Assembly: GCF_009834535.1 (NCBI RefSeq)
Contig: NC_045698.1
Coordinates: forward strand, 13,146,001-13,210,000
Direction of reading: 5' to 3'
DNA: 64,000 nucleotides
Origin: Camelus ferus
Lineage: Eukaryota
Positions 13,245-26,204 of the stretch are shown here, piece by piece (positions within the stretch are counted from its first letter, which is position 1; the number at the start of each line of letters is the position of its first letter). The notes beneath the pieces were generated by a model. The model ran no database searches. It saw only the letters and a program-made list of their open reading frames with translations, and was not told where the DNA came from. Made by a program: the position numbers and the translations under genes.

Positions 13245-14367
13245 GTCGTTGTGGTAGTTGAGAGCCAGCTGTGTTCCATGGGCGGTAAATACTAAGGTGG
13301 CAGGCCTTTAATGTGAGAATGTCTGTTGGTCTCTCCATGGGTTGCTCTGTCATAGGTGTTTGGTGTAGCTGTGGGCTCCAGTGGCACCAGATCTCTGTAC
13401 TGAACTTGTTTGGTCTCTCCTCTTAGCTGAGGGCCTCCCTTGTTCTTCTCTTTAGCGCTCCCCCCTCCCCCCCCACCGCCTTTCCTGGCCGTGATTCACT
13501 GTGGCTATGCAGCCTTATTAGCATGGTCATAGAGCGTGGAGAAGGGAAGGCCTTCTCTAATGTTCTGATTGATACTCAGTTTTTAGAGTGCACAGCGGGC
13601 CTGTGTCTTGAGTCGTGAACTTCAGGAGAATTTTGTCCCTCCTCCAGGAGTAGAGCTTTCCCTGTATCACTTAATCCCTTACCCAGCTGCTGCAGGTACA
13701 TTTCAGTTTCCTTCATCTATGTCCCTGAAGCCTTCTCCTCTGTAATTAAGTTCTTTATTTTCCTTTTAATTGAGACAGGAAGGTTGGGACGGGGCTGGAA
13801 TGGGGCTGGTGAGGCAGGGTTCTCATGCACCAGCCAGAACGGATCTTCCTATTGGCCTCTGATGATGACCTTCCTGAGGTTAAAATAAATCTTTGTTCCA
13901 TGAGGAAGAAAGGACTGGGTGAACTTCACAATGGCTACTGCTTCTGTCCCTCTGCTGGAGTCACAGAGATGTAACCTTGAACTTCATAATGAGGATCTGA
14001 GAGAGAAACTGGAGTAAAAGCATCTGAGAAAAGAGAACTATGACTGTGGCCCTGGGAGGTTCTTGTTCTCTTGTCAGCCGACACTTGGCCTCCGCAGTTC
14101 ATAAATATTTCTACTTTAATCTTCCGACTGATTTGGAAGAGCCTGCTGTTTCTGCTCTGGGGAAGTAAATGTTAGGGCCTCTGGTTACTCTGGAAGTAAC
14201 TTCTCTCCTGATTTCAGGGTGGCAGTTTGCTCTGCAACTTCTGTTCTCTGACGCATGTGAGAAAACCATTGCTTTTCTGTTTATCCAAGTTTTTGTTGTT
14301 GTTATTGTTGTAAAAACAGGGATGCTAAATTCTAAGCTCTAAAGGTTGGAGCTGAAACCAGAAATCT
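13245..14367 (-). mobile_element. Old L1 (L1MC/L1MD-like) 5' UTR region
   Basis: The reverse complement begins agatttctggtttcagctccaac...cagagaacagaagttgcagagcaaactgccaccctgaaatc, homologous to the L1 5' end at 57117. Confidence 0.75.
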
Positions 14368-15454
14368 TGTATCCATTCTTCTGAGCATTCTCCCGTCCCC
14401 TTATCCCCTTCTGTGAACTTCATTTGTTTTTTAAGACAGAGTATTTAAAGCCACTCTGCAAAATATTGACTATGTGTTGTTTACAAATTACATTCTAGAT
14501 AGCTTATGTCATTAGCAAAATTTTAATTTAACACTGATTTTATTACATATCATGGCATGTGAGTATGATTATCAAATTCTGTACAGCTGGTAAAATTGAA
14601 AATAGGAAAGTCAGCCTGTGACACTTTGGGTGCCCATCCTGGGAATATCCGTTCCTTGCTACCATCTGTTGTTGCTTAGAGAACTAAAAATCTCATCATG
14701 AATCGTGGTCTTGTCAACCAGCTAAGACTTAATTTTACCTTACCCATCCAAAGACAAAGGTTATGTTATAACTCATAACAAAAACAGTAACAACAGCTGT
14801 AATGCAACAAGGTGACACAAATACTTTAGAATTACTATAAGATTTCAAGAGAGAGAGAGAAACCATTATTGTAAATATTGCCAAGAAACCAAAAGAAATT
14901 GGTAGGGAGAGAAATATAGGTGGCAAGTTGCCAAAAGCATAAATCCCTAAAAGTAATTATAGACTAGATTTTTATGTAAAATAAAACCATTTCAAGTATT
15001 CAAGCTTTAAGATTTATTTTCTCTGCAGGAAATGGCTTTTCATTTGCATTCAATATTGTAAATATCTCAGACTTCATGTACGGATGCATTGCTCCTCGGA
15101 TGAGGGTTTTTCCGTTTCCCCATTGTCTTTCCGAGGGGGAGAAACACATCCTCCTTGGACAGAAAGCTGTAGTGGCAAAATGTGCCCAATGGGCTGATGA
15201 CTGTGGTTGAGATGAGCCTCAAAAGCTGGGGAGCTGTGCATATAAAATTTTCACAATTTGAAAACTGGAATTTTTAGCTGGGCTTCCAGTGAATGAATAG
15301 CAAGTGAAAACAGGAAGCTGCAAGAAACTCATTTTTTTTTTAAATACCCTTGTGTGAAACATCACATGAGCTTTTAAAATATGTTTTAAACAACCTTGAG
15401 AGGAAGTTGCTGTAGGCAACAAAATTTCCAGTCACTACTCTGGGTTTCATACCC

Positions 15455-15665
15455 TTAATAGTAATGGCTAATGTGTCTTGGGCAACAGAATGATCTAAGG
15501 TCTCAGTTACCTGTGATTGAAAAGTTTCCTAGCCATGGGTCTTTCAATGCTAAAAATGGGATAGTCACAAGCAAACTGGGACAACTGGTCACCCTACTTG
15601 GCACTTACTGTGTCGTAGGTATTTAACACCTCTCTCCACATTTAGTACTCCCATCAGTCCCTGTA
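15455..15665 (-). mobile_element. MIR fragment interrupted by MER94
   Basis: taatagtaatggctaatgt...gcacttactgtgtcgtaggt...catttagtactcccatcagtccct resembles the antisense MIR 3' end. Confidence 0.5.
15486..15596. mobile_element. MER94-like hAT-Blackjack MITE
   Basis: tttcaatgctaaaaatgggatagtcacaagcaaactgggacaactggtcacccta matches the MER94 right half and TIR. The left TIR is degenerate. Confidence 0.7.
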
Positions 15666-18600
15666 CAGCTTCCCTGAGGGCTGTAACCCATGGAGTTTGA
15701 ATTTAGGGCCTACATTCTTTCTTATGGTGAACATAGCTTTGCAGCTTTGGAGTTTGGGTATGAATAACAAAGGGGAGGGCCATAACGCTCATTTGTGTTA
15801 GCTACCAGGACTGTCGCTGTTCTATTTTTCATCCAAACATGAATCAAAGGAAGTAAAATAGGTGATGATGGTGAAATACACTGGGGTGTTAGTCGAGGGG
15901 AGCAGCTACTGACATAGATGAACCGGGTTCATCACAAGCATGGTTCTCTGGAAAGCAGCTGTCTGAGGTAGATATTAGTGGGTTCATTCTGGGAACGAAC
16001 ACCAATGGACAGAAAAGCAAAACAACAGGAGAAGGCCCCGGAAGAACTTGGGCTGCCATGCAGTGTGGCCAAACCCCAGCTGATCACAGGCACTGAGAAG
16101 CTTAAATGGTCATCAGCAATGGCCTTTGATGGAGGGAGGGTCCAGAAATGAGTCACCTGTGAAATTAGATTGATACCTTGGGACTAATACACACACGACT
16201 AGTCAGTCACTAGACACAGATGGAGAGTGAGACAGTTACAAGAGGGGAAGTAAGTCCGGGTTGTCTGCGGAAAGAGCCTCCGAACAGCTGGGGGAGTAAG
16301 ACCACATTTCTGAAGGGGTCTCTGGGCAACACATCATAGAATCCGCTAGTCGGTGTAAAGGGAACCGAAACTTGCTACGGAGATTAATTTCCCTTAAAAC
16401 CAGTGAGATTTCAAAGAATATCATTAAGGATGATAGTCTGTAGCATTCTTTTTGCTATTCCCTTTGCTTAGGAAGTTGCATGATTTTTTTCCAAATAAGT
16501 TGGTGAATGATGAATTAATTAATGATTTGACTTCACACTTGCCTCTCTAAAGTTCTGATGTATACACAAAAGTAATGTCTTTCACATGGCATGTTCTCAA
16601 GCCAGAAGTTCCATTAAAACATGAGTCAATTTGCCACGTGTGCAGAGGCACTGGTCTCATATCACACGCACTGCAGTCACTCTTCCTGGAACACAGGGCT
16701 TTGATGCTCCTCAATGATCAAAGTTTTCAGATTCCAAATATCTTCAAAGGAGCTGTCATGACTCTGGCTTTGAGTAGAGTGGTCATCCACATTCAGTCAC
16801 TCTTTCTTGGTTCTGCTCCTGAATTGCAAGCTTTCAGAGCAGTGGCTCTGTCAATACGGTTAAATGTGAGAGCAATTTCTAACCAAAACACAAAAGAATC
16901 ACAGTGTATGCTATGGATTTTGGTTACTTGCAACTGTCAGTCTGATTTCATGAAAACAAAGGTTACCAAAGGCAGATAAAACATACGGTACCACTAAGGA
17001 CTATGGCATGTGATGTCTCTCAACCTGCTTTACTATATATCACTGTTTTGGAATGCATTATTTCATGTTATTTTCTAACAAAAATTTTAAAGTTTTAACC
17101 AGTAGTGTCATGTGTAATAAGATAATGTTCTTACAGTACTGAAGAAAAAAAAATACAATGCTTTATGATATAGAACGGTAGAGATACTTGCATACATACA
17201 GGTGATGCCATTTGCATATTTTTCACAAAAATTTTTGGCCTTTTAACTGAGCTAATGTATCACAGTACAATTTAGAGTCCATGAACTATTCTTTATTTTT
17301 ATGACTGTCTCTAAATGAAGGTATAGCCAAGAGCATTTTTTTTCTTTGCTTTTTGTTTTTGGTATGGAGCCATTGAACAATTTCGCCTTTATCAATGTCA
17401 ATATAATAAGTGTATTATATATACTTATCTTTTATTTTGATTTTTTCTCAATTCTATAAAATAAGTAACTTCCCACTCAACATCTTTTGCTTCCTCTATC
17501 TCTTATACATGGATTCTCTGAAAATACAGCTCCCATTTATGTTTTTCTCCTTTAAATATTCAATGTTTAACAAGTGGCAAAATGTGGCTAAATGCTACAC
17601 ATTTATTAATGAAAATACCTACACTAATTTTTTCCTCTTGTCTGGTTTCTTTGTTTCAAGCCAATTTATAAGCATAGATTGAAAAACTCTTTGGCACAGA
17701 AATGTAGAAATAAAAGAAACTCTTTAATTGTCACAGAAGTCATAGAATTGAAGTGGTATATGCAGTGGAAGGCATGCTTTGAAAGGACAGTGTCTCAGAG
17801 GCACTTAGACAGAATCTAAACTTCTTTGTTACCTGAGCAATTCCATGGTAGAGATCTGAATCAAGCTGGCAAGTTTTCACTCAGTTTTTTTCTTGATTCA
17901 AATACTGCACTTTACTGCATGAAATGTGCTGCACTAAAGGTATTTATTTCTCCCTAAAACATTATTTCTGTAGTGCTCTGCTTTCATTCAGCTTTAAGTT
18001 GATCTTCTATGATTTTGAAAACTTGATGCTTATTGATAAATTGTGCTTCATTCGTGGCGGATAAGGAGTGAGTACTTACAACGTTCCTTCATTCTACATG
18101 AAAGTAAGAACGAGTTTGACATGAAGTGTGAGTTATAACAGTCACACTATATAAATACAGGTGCAGGTACAGATATAGGTAAAAAGATTCTACGTTTGTT
18201 TCATCTAGTCAGAATGACAGTAGTAGGGTTTGGCTGGTAAATATTTTCATGTTATTTTCGCATTATTTTAATAGTTCTTGTGCTTTCTTTTCTGTTGTTT
18301 TCAGATGGACAGAAAAGCAGCTACGCCTCTATTTAAAAAATACAGGTTATTTTAAGTTCTGATCCTGAACTACTTTCACAAATCAATATATTCTTATATA
18401 CCTCACCTAAATCCTGCTTAGCGAGAAATCTAAAGTTTATGTTGCTATCAGATTGAAGAATTTTTTTTAATATTTGGTTTGCTGAAGAAGATTTAGGTAC
18501 TTTTAGTGAAATTTATAGTTTAGTTGTACAAGCATTATTTGAACAAATCACAGCATCTTTATGTTACTTCAAATCTCCATCTTGGCTATACATTGCATTT

Positions 18601-20177
18601 TCTCTTAAGATCACAAATCATTTTCACACACATTCTTTCACTTGCTGTTGGATTTTCCTAAATTGAATCATTTTATATCATTCTCCCTATGGACATCCAT
18701 AAAAGCTTTCCCTATGTTTTTGCTTTATTGAATAGAAACAAGCATATCCTTTTTTTCGATATAGAAATTACTATTGAAAAGCCTATTTCTCCATAATAAT
18801 TATGGAGAAATTCCATATTCACATTCTATTGGTTTTATATTACTCATTATTATAGTATTCACTAAAACCAATTTAATAAAGACTAATTTCTCTCTGATCT
18901 TTAAAAATAACACTTAGTGGCAAATTTTGAAATATTTTGTTTTATTGACTACCCATCATCCTAGGACTGATTTTATTTTTCAGAATAAAAATTCAATACT
19001 TCATCTTGTTTATAGATTTTCCTTGATAAGACGATTTCCTTTGTAGATTGGCTATTTGAATTTTTTTTAAATGTAACCTCTTGTTTTTTACCTTTTGCTT
19101 TTAAAGGAAAAAGTCTGGATATAGTGACTGTTGGAAGTTGATGGGGATGTGAGTTGGGGAGGAGCTGCCAGTAGCCGCTTTTGGGGGACCTAAGCCATTC
19201 TAATTGCCTCATGCAGAATCAAGGGCCTTAGTATATTAATCAGATTAGAAACATCTTCCAGCAGGGTTAAAGTTATTACCCTAGATTCTTCCTTTACCCT
19301 CTAGGGATCTTTTAGGGGAAAAATAGTTTCATATCAACCACACATAAATTAATATCATGAGACCTCATAATTAAGCACTATTATTTTTAGAGTGACTTCC
19401 AGAGCACTGAAGTTCTGAGAATTATGATTCTCAATGCCATAATGACATATTATGAGTATTTTTGAGATGGATAATCTGGGACCAGAAATTTTGCACTTTG
19501 TCAGGATCCCATAGCTAGGAGAGACATTGAATGCTTCAGATATAAAATTAGAATAATCCTGATCTATGAAAAAATCAGTGTATTATTTAGTTGGAACTAG
19601 GTTAAAATTATAGCATTAATCTTACAGAAAAATGTATTAAAAAGTTGTGAATGTCTCTATCAAGCATAGTTCCTAAGAGTGTTTTCTTTAAGCACATGTG
19701 TGTAGGAGGTGTTTCATGGTTCACACAACTGCTCTTCTCATTTCCCCTTCTATATTGGCAGACAGCTTGAAATACCTCATTACCAATGTGATTTTAACTC
19801 CCTTTTAAGTAATTTTGGCTTTGTTGTCTAGATGTCAAGTGATATATTTTTTTAAAGTTTAGTAGTTTTGTAAAAACATTTCTAAATGTTTATAATTATG
19901 GCATGATTTACCTGAGTACATAATATTCATTATAAATGTATAGATTTGAATATTTTTTAATTAAAGAAGCTAATTTTAATTATAGATGTCAGTATTTGTT
20001 GTTTTCCATCATTGCTTCAGTTTGCTTCAGTCTCGCCCCCATTGTTGGATTTTCTGGGGCTATCTCCTGTATTCTTTGTTTTCCCCCAAATCTATTTAAT
20101 CTCTATTTACTTGTGTTAGTTTCCATTTAGTTTTCTTTCCCATAATCAGTATTTTCTTTTTTTCTAAATCTTGTTAC

Positions 20178-21278
20178 ATACATCTTCTTTATCCACTCAT
20201 TCTTCAGTGGACACTTAGGTTGCTTCCTTGTCTTGACTATTGTAAATAGTGCTGCTATGGACAGATTTAGAGTTTTCTTCTGATATATGCCCAGGAATTG
20301 GATTGCTGGATCACATGGTAAGTCTATTTTTAGGTTTTTTTTAAAGGAATCTCCATACTATTCTACATCATGGCTGCACCAATTTACATTCCTGCCAACA
20401 GTGTAGGAGGGTTCATTTTTCTCCACACCCTTGCCAGCGTTTATGATTTGTGGACTTTTTAATGATAGCCATTCTGACTGGTGTGAGGTGATACCTCGTT
20501 GCAGTTTTGATTTGCATTTCTCTAATAATTATCAATACTGAGCATTGTTTCCTGTGCCTTTTGGCCACCTGTGTGTTTTCTTTGGGGAAACGTCTGTTTA
20601 GGCCTTCTGCTCATTTTTGTATTACACTTTTATTTTTTTCATATTAAGCTGTATGAGCTGTTTGTATATTTTGGAAATTAATCCCTTGTCAGTCACATCA
20701 TTTGCAAATATTTTCTCCCATTCAATAGATTGTCTTCTTGCTTTGTTTGTAGTTAATTTTGAGATGCAAAAGCTTTTACATTTAATCAGGTCCCATTTGC
20801 TTATTTTTGCTTTTATTTCCAGTTACTCTAGGAGATGGATCTAAAAAAATATTACTGTGATTTATGTCAAAGGGTGTTTGCCTATGTTTTCTTCTAGGAG
20901 TTTTAGAGTACCCAACCTTACATTTAGGTCTTTAATCCATTTTGAGTTTATTTTTGTATAAGGTATTAGCAAATGTTCTAATTTCAGTCTTTTACATGTA
21001 GCTATCCAATTTTCCTAGCACCACTTATTGAAGAGACTGTCTATTCTCCATCATCTATACTTGCCTTTTTTGTCATAAATTAATTAACCATAAAAGGATA
21101 GGTCTATATCTGGGCTTTCTATCCTGTTTCATTGATTGATGTGTCTGTTTTTGTGCAAGTGCCATACTGTTTTGATTACTGCAGCTTTGTAGTATAGTCT
21201 GAAGTCAAGGAGCATGATTCCTCCAGCTCTGTTCTCCTTTCTCAAGATTGTTTTGGCTATTTGGGGTCTTTGTGTGGT
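20178..21278 (-). mobile_element. L1 ORF2 C-terminal fragment (moderately young)
   Basis: Canonical antisense L1 sequence: tggctgcaccaatttacattcc...gtgaggtgatacctc...gcaccacttattgaagagactgtc...gtagtatagtctgaagtcaagg. Confidence 0.93.
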
Positions 21279-22357
21279 TTTATTTATTCTTAATGAATAT
21301 TTTGTTTTTACTACAAAGTATAGAAATATAAGTTTTATGTAATTTTTCTAAATATAGCAATTATAAAAATGTTTCTTCCAGGAAGATTTGCACTGAACAT
21401 TGCACTAAAGATCTTAAACTTCTGAGTGAGTTAATCAGCCAAGCAAACAGACAACACTGTTTAGAAGTACATTAAGTTACAAAAATTACATGATTTTCAC
21501 TGTTTCTTGTAATGGCAGTTTCTGTGTTAAACAAGATATTATAGCTATCAAGCCAATAAATGGAGACTTGTTTGGAATAGGTTTGAGAACCATTAGGACT
21601 AGATGATTCCAGAGGTAACTCTGAAATTTTCTAAAGAAAATGCCAGAGTTATAATTTGAAATCCTTTCCCAAAAAGCAATTTAAATCATAACTACTGTAA
21701 GAATTCTATGGATGAGGCTGTTTGTATATTTTTAAGCAAATATTTCAGAACAACTCTTTATTACTTTAAAAGCAATGTAAACATGGTATGTAATTTGAAA
21801 ATACAGTTTTTATTATAAAGAAATAACATATTTTCACCATTCTGAATTTCCAACTAACACTATCTTCCTAGAGCTCACTGTGTAAATACATAATTTAATT
21901 TTATGATGTAATATAATTTTTAATCAAATGAGATCATTCTATATGTACAATGGAGTCACCTGATTTTATGAATGAATAATATTTAGGTTTTCCCAGCAAT
22001 ATATTTTCCATTTAGGTAATTTACAATTATTATTCAAATGTTCCCACATATCAAAAACATGTCTTTTCTGTGAATTAGGGTACAAATCATATCTTATTTT
22101 ATCTGTTCTTCTTTCCTTTATATCTTTCATTCCTGTTTATTCTCTTTAAACTTTCACTGACTGTGGAAGAGAATGGGCAGTTGTCAGCTTTTTTGCCTGG
22201 TCTCTCCCTTATGTTATCATTGAACCTTTATCCTCTTCACTACATATCATTTAAACAGGAAGACTACTCTAGAGCTTTCACAGGGTCGGATTGAACACAT
22301 TTGACTAGAACACACTATATGTGATGTTATGTATTACATATTGCATCACTTCATGGA

Positions 22358-22487
22358 TAGAGTTGCCAGACAAAATACAAGACTCCTTACCAGGGAATGG
22401 AAAATGATGATACTAAAAATTATGTTATCTGAAATTCGAATTTAACTGAGTGCTACAAAATTTTACTTGCTAAATCAGGCAACCTTA
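22358..22487. mobile_element. MER53 MITE (internally deleted)
   Basis: TIRs tagagttgccaga / tcaggcaacctta and internal ttatctgaaattcgaatttaactg. Sits within decayed L1M-like sequence. Confidence 0.75.
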
Positions 22488-23059
22488 TTCAGAAGATATA
22501 TAAGTGCTTCTTAAATTAACTACTAGAGTGATAACAGTCTGATCCTTGTATTGTGTAGTTAAATTTGTTTATTTTCCTTGTTACAAGTTGTGAGGTTACT
22601 TTGATGCTATGTAAATTTATACTCCCATCAACCATTTATGTGCTTTTCAATATCTAGGTGACTTGACCTGGCTTAGGTAATAACACATCTAGCCACTGTG
22701 TTGCAAAATCCTTTAAATTGACAAAAAGGGCTAGAACCCAGAGAGCTACCAAGACATAGTAACTCTGGGTCCACCCACAAGTGGCGATTTGTGACCTGAT
22801 TCGGGATATAATTTGAAGATTAGACTCCATGGGAACTCCTGGAGGTGAGGTTCAAGATAAAGAAATAATTCAAAAACTTCCCCAAGATTTTAGCCATAAT
22901 TTTAATATTTTTAAAGACTTGGTTTCCTAGATGACTCTGTTAATAATTGAACTGTTCTTTCTGCTTAGTTGTTTTTGTTTGTTTAATTATCATGACAGAT
23001 TTATGGATTTTCATGATTCAATGTGTTTCAATGTAAAACAATTATTTTTACACTTTTTT

Positions 23060-23872
23060 GCATTTAATTTGATAGTATTTTCTTGAGGATTTTTTGCATC
23101 TGTGTTCATGAGCGATATTGATGTGTAGTTTTCTTTTTGTGTGTGTATGTGTAATGTCTTGAATTGGTTTTTGGTATTAGGGTAACGCTAGTCGCATGAA
23201 TGAGTTAGGAAGTATTCCTTCTGCTTCTATCCCCTGAAAGAGCTAGAGACTTGGTATAATTTCTTCCTAAATGTTTGAAGAATTCACCAGTAGACTCATC
23301 TGGGTCTGGTGCTTTATGTTTTGGAAAATTATGAATTACAGATGTAATTCCTTTAATAAATTTAGGCATATTCAGATCATCCATTTCTTCTTGTATATGT
23401 TTTGACAGATTGTATCTTTTAAAGAATTGGTCAGCTTCATCTAGATTATCAAATTTGTGGGCATAAAGTTGTTCATAGCTTCTTTACTATAATTTTAACA
23501 TTCATAGGATCTGTAGTTATGTCCCCTCTTTCATTTCTGGTATTAGTAATTTGTGTCCTCTCTCTCTTATTTCCCTTGTTTGCCTGGTGAGGGGTTTACT
23601 GGTTCTACTTATCTTTTCAAAGAAGCAGCTTTTGGTTTTGTTGGTTTTGTCTATGGATTTCCTGTTTCCAGTGGCACTGATTTCTGCTCTAATTCTTATA
23701 ATTCCTTTTCTTCTGTTTAATTTAGATTTAATTTGCTCTTTTATTTCTAGTTTCCAAAGGTAGAAAATTTGATTATTGATTTTAGATCTTTGTAATATAT
23801 GCTTTCAATGGTGTGCATTTCTCTAAGGACTGTTTTTCCTGCATCTCACAAATTATGACGGTGTTCACATTT
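23060..23872 (-). mobile_element. Old L1 ORF2 internal fragment
   Basis: ttgaggattttttgcatctgtgttcatgag...ttggtattagggtaacgct...ttttcaaagaagcagcttttggtttt is antisense L1 ORF2. Confidence 0.9.
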
Positions 23873-25139
23873 TAAGTAACCAAAATATATACTGGTTCCT
23901 TGACCATATCTTGGTTGATTTTCAGATTTTACAAGTAGAATTTAGAACTTTAAACTTTTAGTTTGAGTAATATGAAGAAGTAAACTTCCCTGTAAAATGA
24001 AGGGCATTCAAACTGTAATCTTTTGATCTAATGTGAATAAAGGAATTCAAGAGATTTCTCTTAATGTAGAAGAAGGAAGTGGAGCAGGAAAAAAGGATCT
24101 CATGAGGTAGTGAGGCCAACCCTTTTAACAGAAGAGTTAACAATCTTGAATAGATATCAAGCACAAAGAGCTACAATCTGGGGTCAAAACAAAGATTTCT
24201 ACCTTGTGATTTTTGCCTAGTCATTCCTTACAGAAACAGCTGATTACGAGCTCTGTTTCATTGAATTTCTCCTCTGTCTCTGGAACTTTTAATTTTACTT
24301 TTTAAAAAATGTTTTCCAGCTGTACTTTTGTTGGAAAGTGCCACTTCCCACACAATAAAGTTTTCCTAACTGCAACTGGAATGGTACACTGTTGAATAGA
24401 GTCACTAAGTAAGCCCTGGGAACAATCTTGAGTGACTTTAGACAGTTCTTAATGACCTGATAACATTATGAGATGACTTAATGACCATTCCAGTTGAGGA
24501 CACTCACCAAGGCTGAACATTTTATCTGGCTCTTGCCATGAAGGTTTTACTGAAAACCAAACGACTCTTACAGGTTTAGACTAGAAGTGTGTCAAGTGTA
24601 AATGTTGTAACTCTTAAAGGCTGTCATTTAGAGTTGTTTATGCTTTATGTGAGTTTAATCTACCACTGTTTTTTACATCTCTCAAAATTATAGTGGTAGT
24701 CTAAAATCCCCAAGATGGAAGTAACACCCCTACCAGACTGGCTTTCAAGTTGATTAAACCAGATTGTGTATACTTCTTGATATGATTTAAAAATGCTCTG
24801 CATTTTTTAATAGAATGCCCCTAGATGTGCTTAATAATTAGTCCAAGTTATTTAGAGGTCATTTCCTTTTTATGCAACTGTATCACAACTACACAAAATA
24901 CAATAACCACCTCAAGAAAATTTCTGGTTTAATTAAATTAGGTTTCTAATTTAATTAGATTTATAATTTCTGAAGACTTTGAACTTCATATTTCAATCTG
25001 ATTATTAATCTGGTAATTGTAAGGAGGTGAGGAGTCAAGGTACAGAGAGGGTGTAAATTCAGGAGAAAGGGGACACAATTTTTGATGAACCAAAGACAGG
25101 AATTGAAGAATTCTGGACACAGTGATAACAACCATGACT

Positions 25140-25260
25140 AGATTCATTCATTTATTTATTCATTCACTTTTCCAGCAATTATTTATCAGTGTCTATTATG
25201 TGCCTGCCACTGTTCCAGGAACAGACCAAAACAGATAAGGTGCATGAAGTTTGTGTCATT
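25140..25260 (-). mobile_element. L2 3' end fragment
   Basis: attcattcatt...tatttatcagtgtctattatgtgcctgccactgttcc resembles the antisense L2 tail. Confidence 0.6.
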
Positions 25261-25554
25261 GGAAGACAATGTGCCCCTTTGTAAAGTAATTAAATATGCA
25301 TTTTCTAAAGATATGCCCATCAAAAGTAAAGGTCAAAGATTTTACCATGTTATTAGCTATCCAAACATTTTTTCTGCAAACAATCAACAGTCTTTGACAT
25401 AAGGTTAAAGTTTCAACACAATCAGTATTAATTTTTCCAAAATCATTTTCCTTTTCTTATCTCAATCTTCACTTACCAAATTGATGTGCACAGAGCCAGA
25501 GTTTGTTGTAGAACCCTGCCTGTCTGAAAACATACATGATAAACTATATGAATT

Positions 25555-25900
25555 AGTCATTAATTTAACAAATTTTATTGATCATCTATTGTGCAGTAGG
25601 CATTAGGGATACAGCACCAAACAAAACAAAAGTCCTTGCCTCCTGCAGTATACAATCTAGGGAGGCAAAGGGATAACATGCTAATGCACACATACTTATC
25701 TGGTGGTGGAAAGTGCTGTGAAGGAAAAGAAAGCAGGGCATGGGAAATTGACAAGCCTGAGGGAAGGGGGTGGTTAATTTACACAGAACAGCGCAGGGAA
25801 GTGCTTTCTTGTCAGGTGACATTTGAGCAGAAATTTGAATACTGGAAGTTCTTCAGCTGTGCTTAGATCTGGACAGAGAATATTCCAGGCTGAAGAAAAA
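25555..25900 (-). mobile_element. L2 3' fragment
   Basis: tttaacaaattttattgatcatctattgtg...gggatacagc...aacaaaacaaaagtccttgcc...ggtgacatttgagcaga. Confidence 0.7.
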
Positions 25901-26181
25901 GTAGGTTCATTAGCTATGAAGTAGAAGCCAATCCGCAAATCTGGTGAACAACAGAAAGACAACAAAGAGAGCAAGAGGACTGAATCATTAACTGTCTAAA
26001 ATATAATTTTACACGTAACGTGGATATGCTATGAAGCAAAAGGCAGAATTTGCATGAAGACTTAAAAGAGAGCACATCAAATATTGGCCACTTTTGGAGT
26101 TTCATAGTGCGTCATGTCCCTGTACCACTTGGTGGGTAATTTTCCAGGAGTAACTTCGACATCACATCAATCAGCTGTGTT

Positions 26182-26204
26182 TGTGTGTGTGTGTGTGTGT
26201 GTGT
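26182..26204. repeat. (TG)11 microsatellite
   Basis: Seen directly. Confidence 0.95.

Noticed and set aside
14744..14833. Minus-strand exon candidate (tag acceptor, TGG/gtaagg donor; peptide NSKVFVSPCCITAVVTVFVMSYNITFVFGW)
   Set aside because: The peptide is not recognisable, the acceptor is mediocre, and there are no supporting neighbouring exons.
15029..15210. Plus-strand acceptor (ttttctctgcag) followed by ~60 open codons
   Set aside because: No convincing donor before the stop and no similarity to a protein I recognise.
16140..16420. Possible old ERVL-type LTR fragment
   Set aside because: LTR-like in composition, but I could not match termini or a family with confidence.
16575..16979. 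134-aa ATG-initiated ORF as a retrogene
   Set aside because: No recognisable homology, poly(A) tail or TSD. The length is compatible with chance in 64 kb.
9693..21278. L1 pieces 9693-10105 and 20178-21278 as one element split by a 10-kb insertion
   Set aside because: They are on the same strand and nearly adjacent in L1 consensus order. However, no shared TSD flanks the pair, and the intervening DNA is ordinary ancient sequence, so coincidence is more likely.
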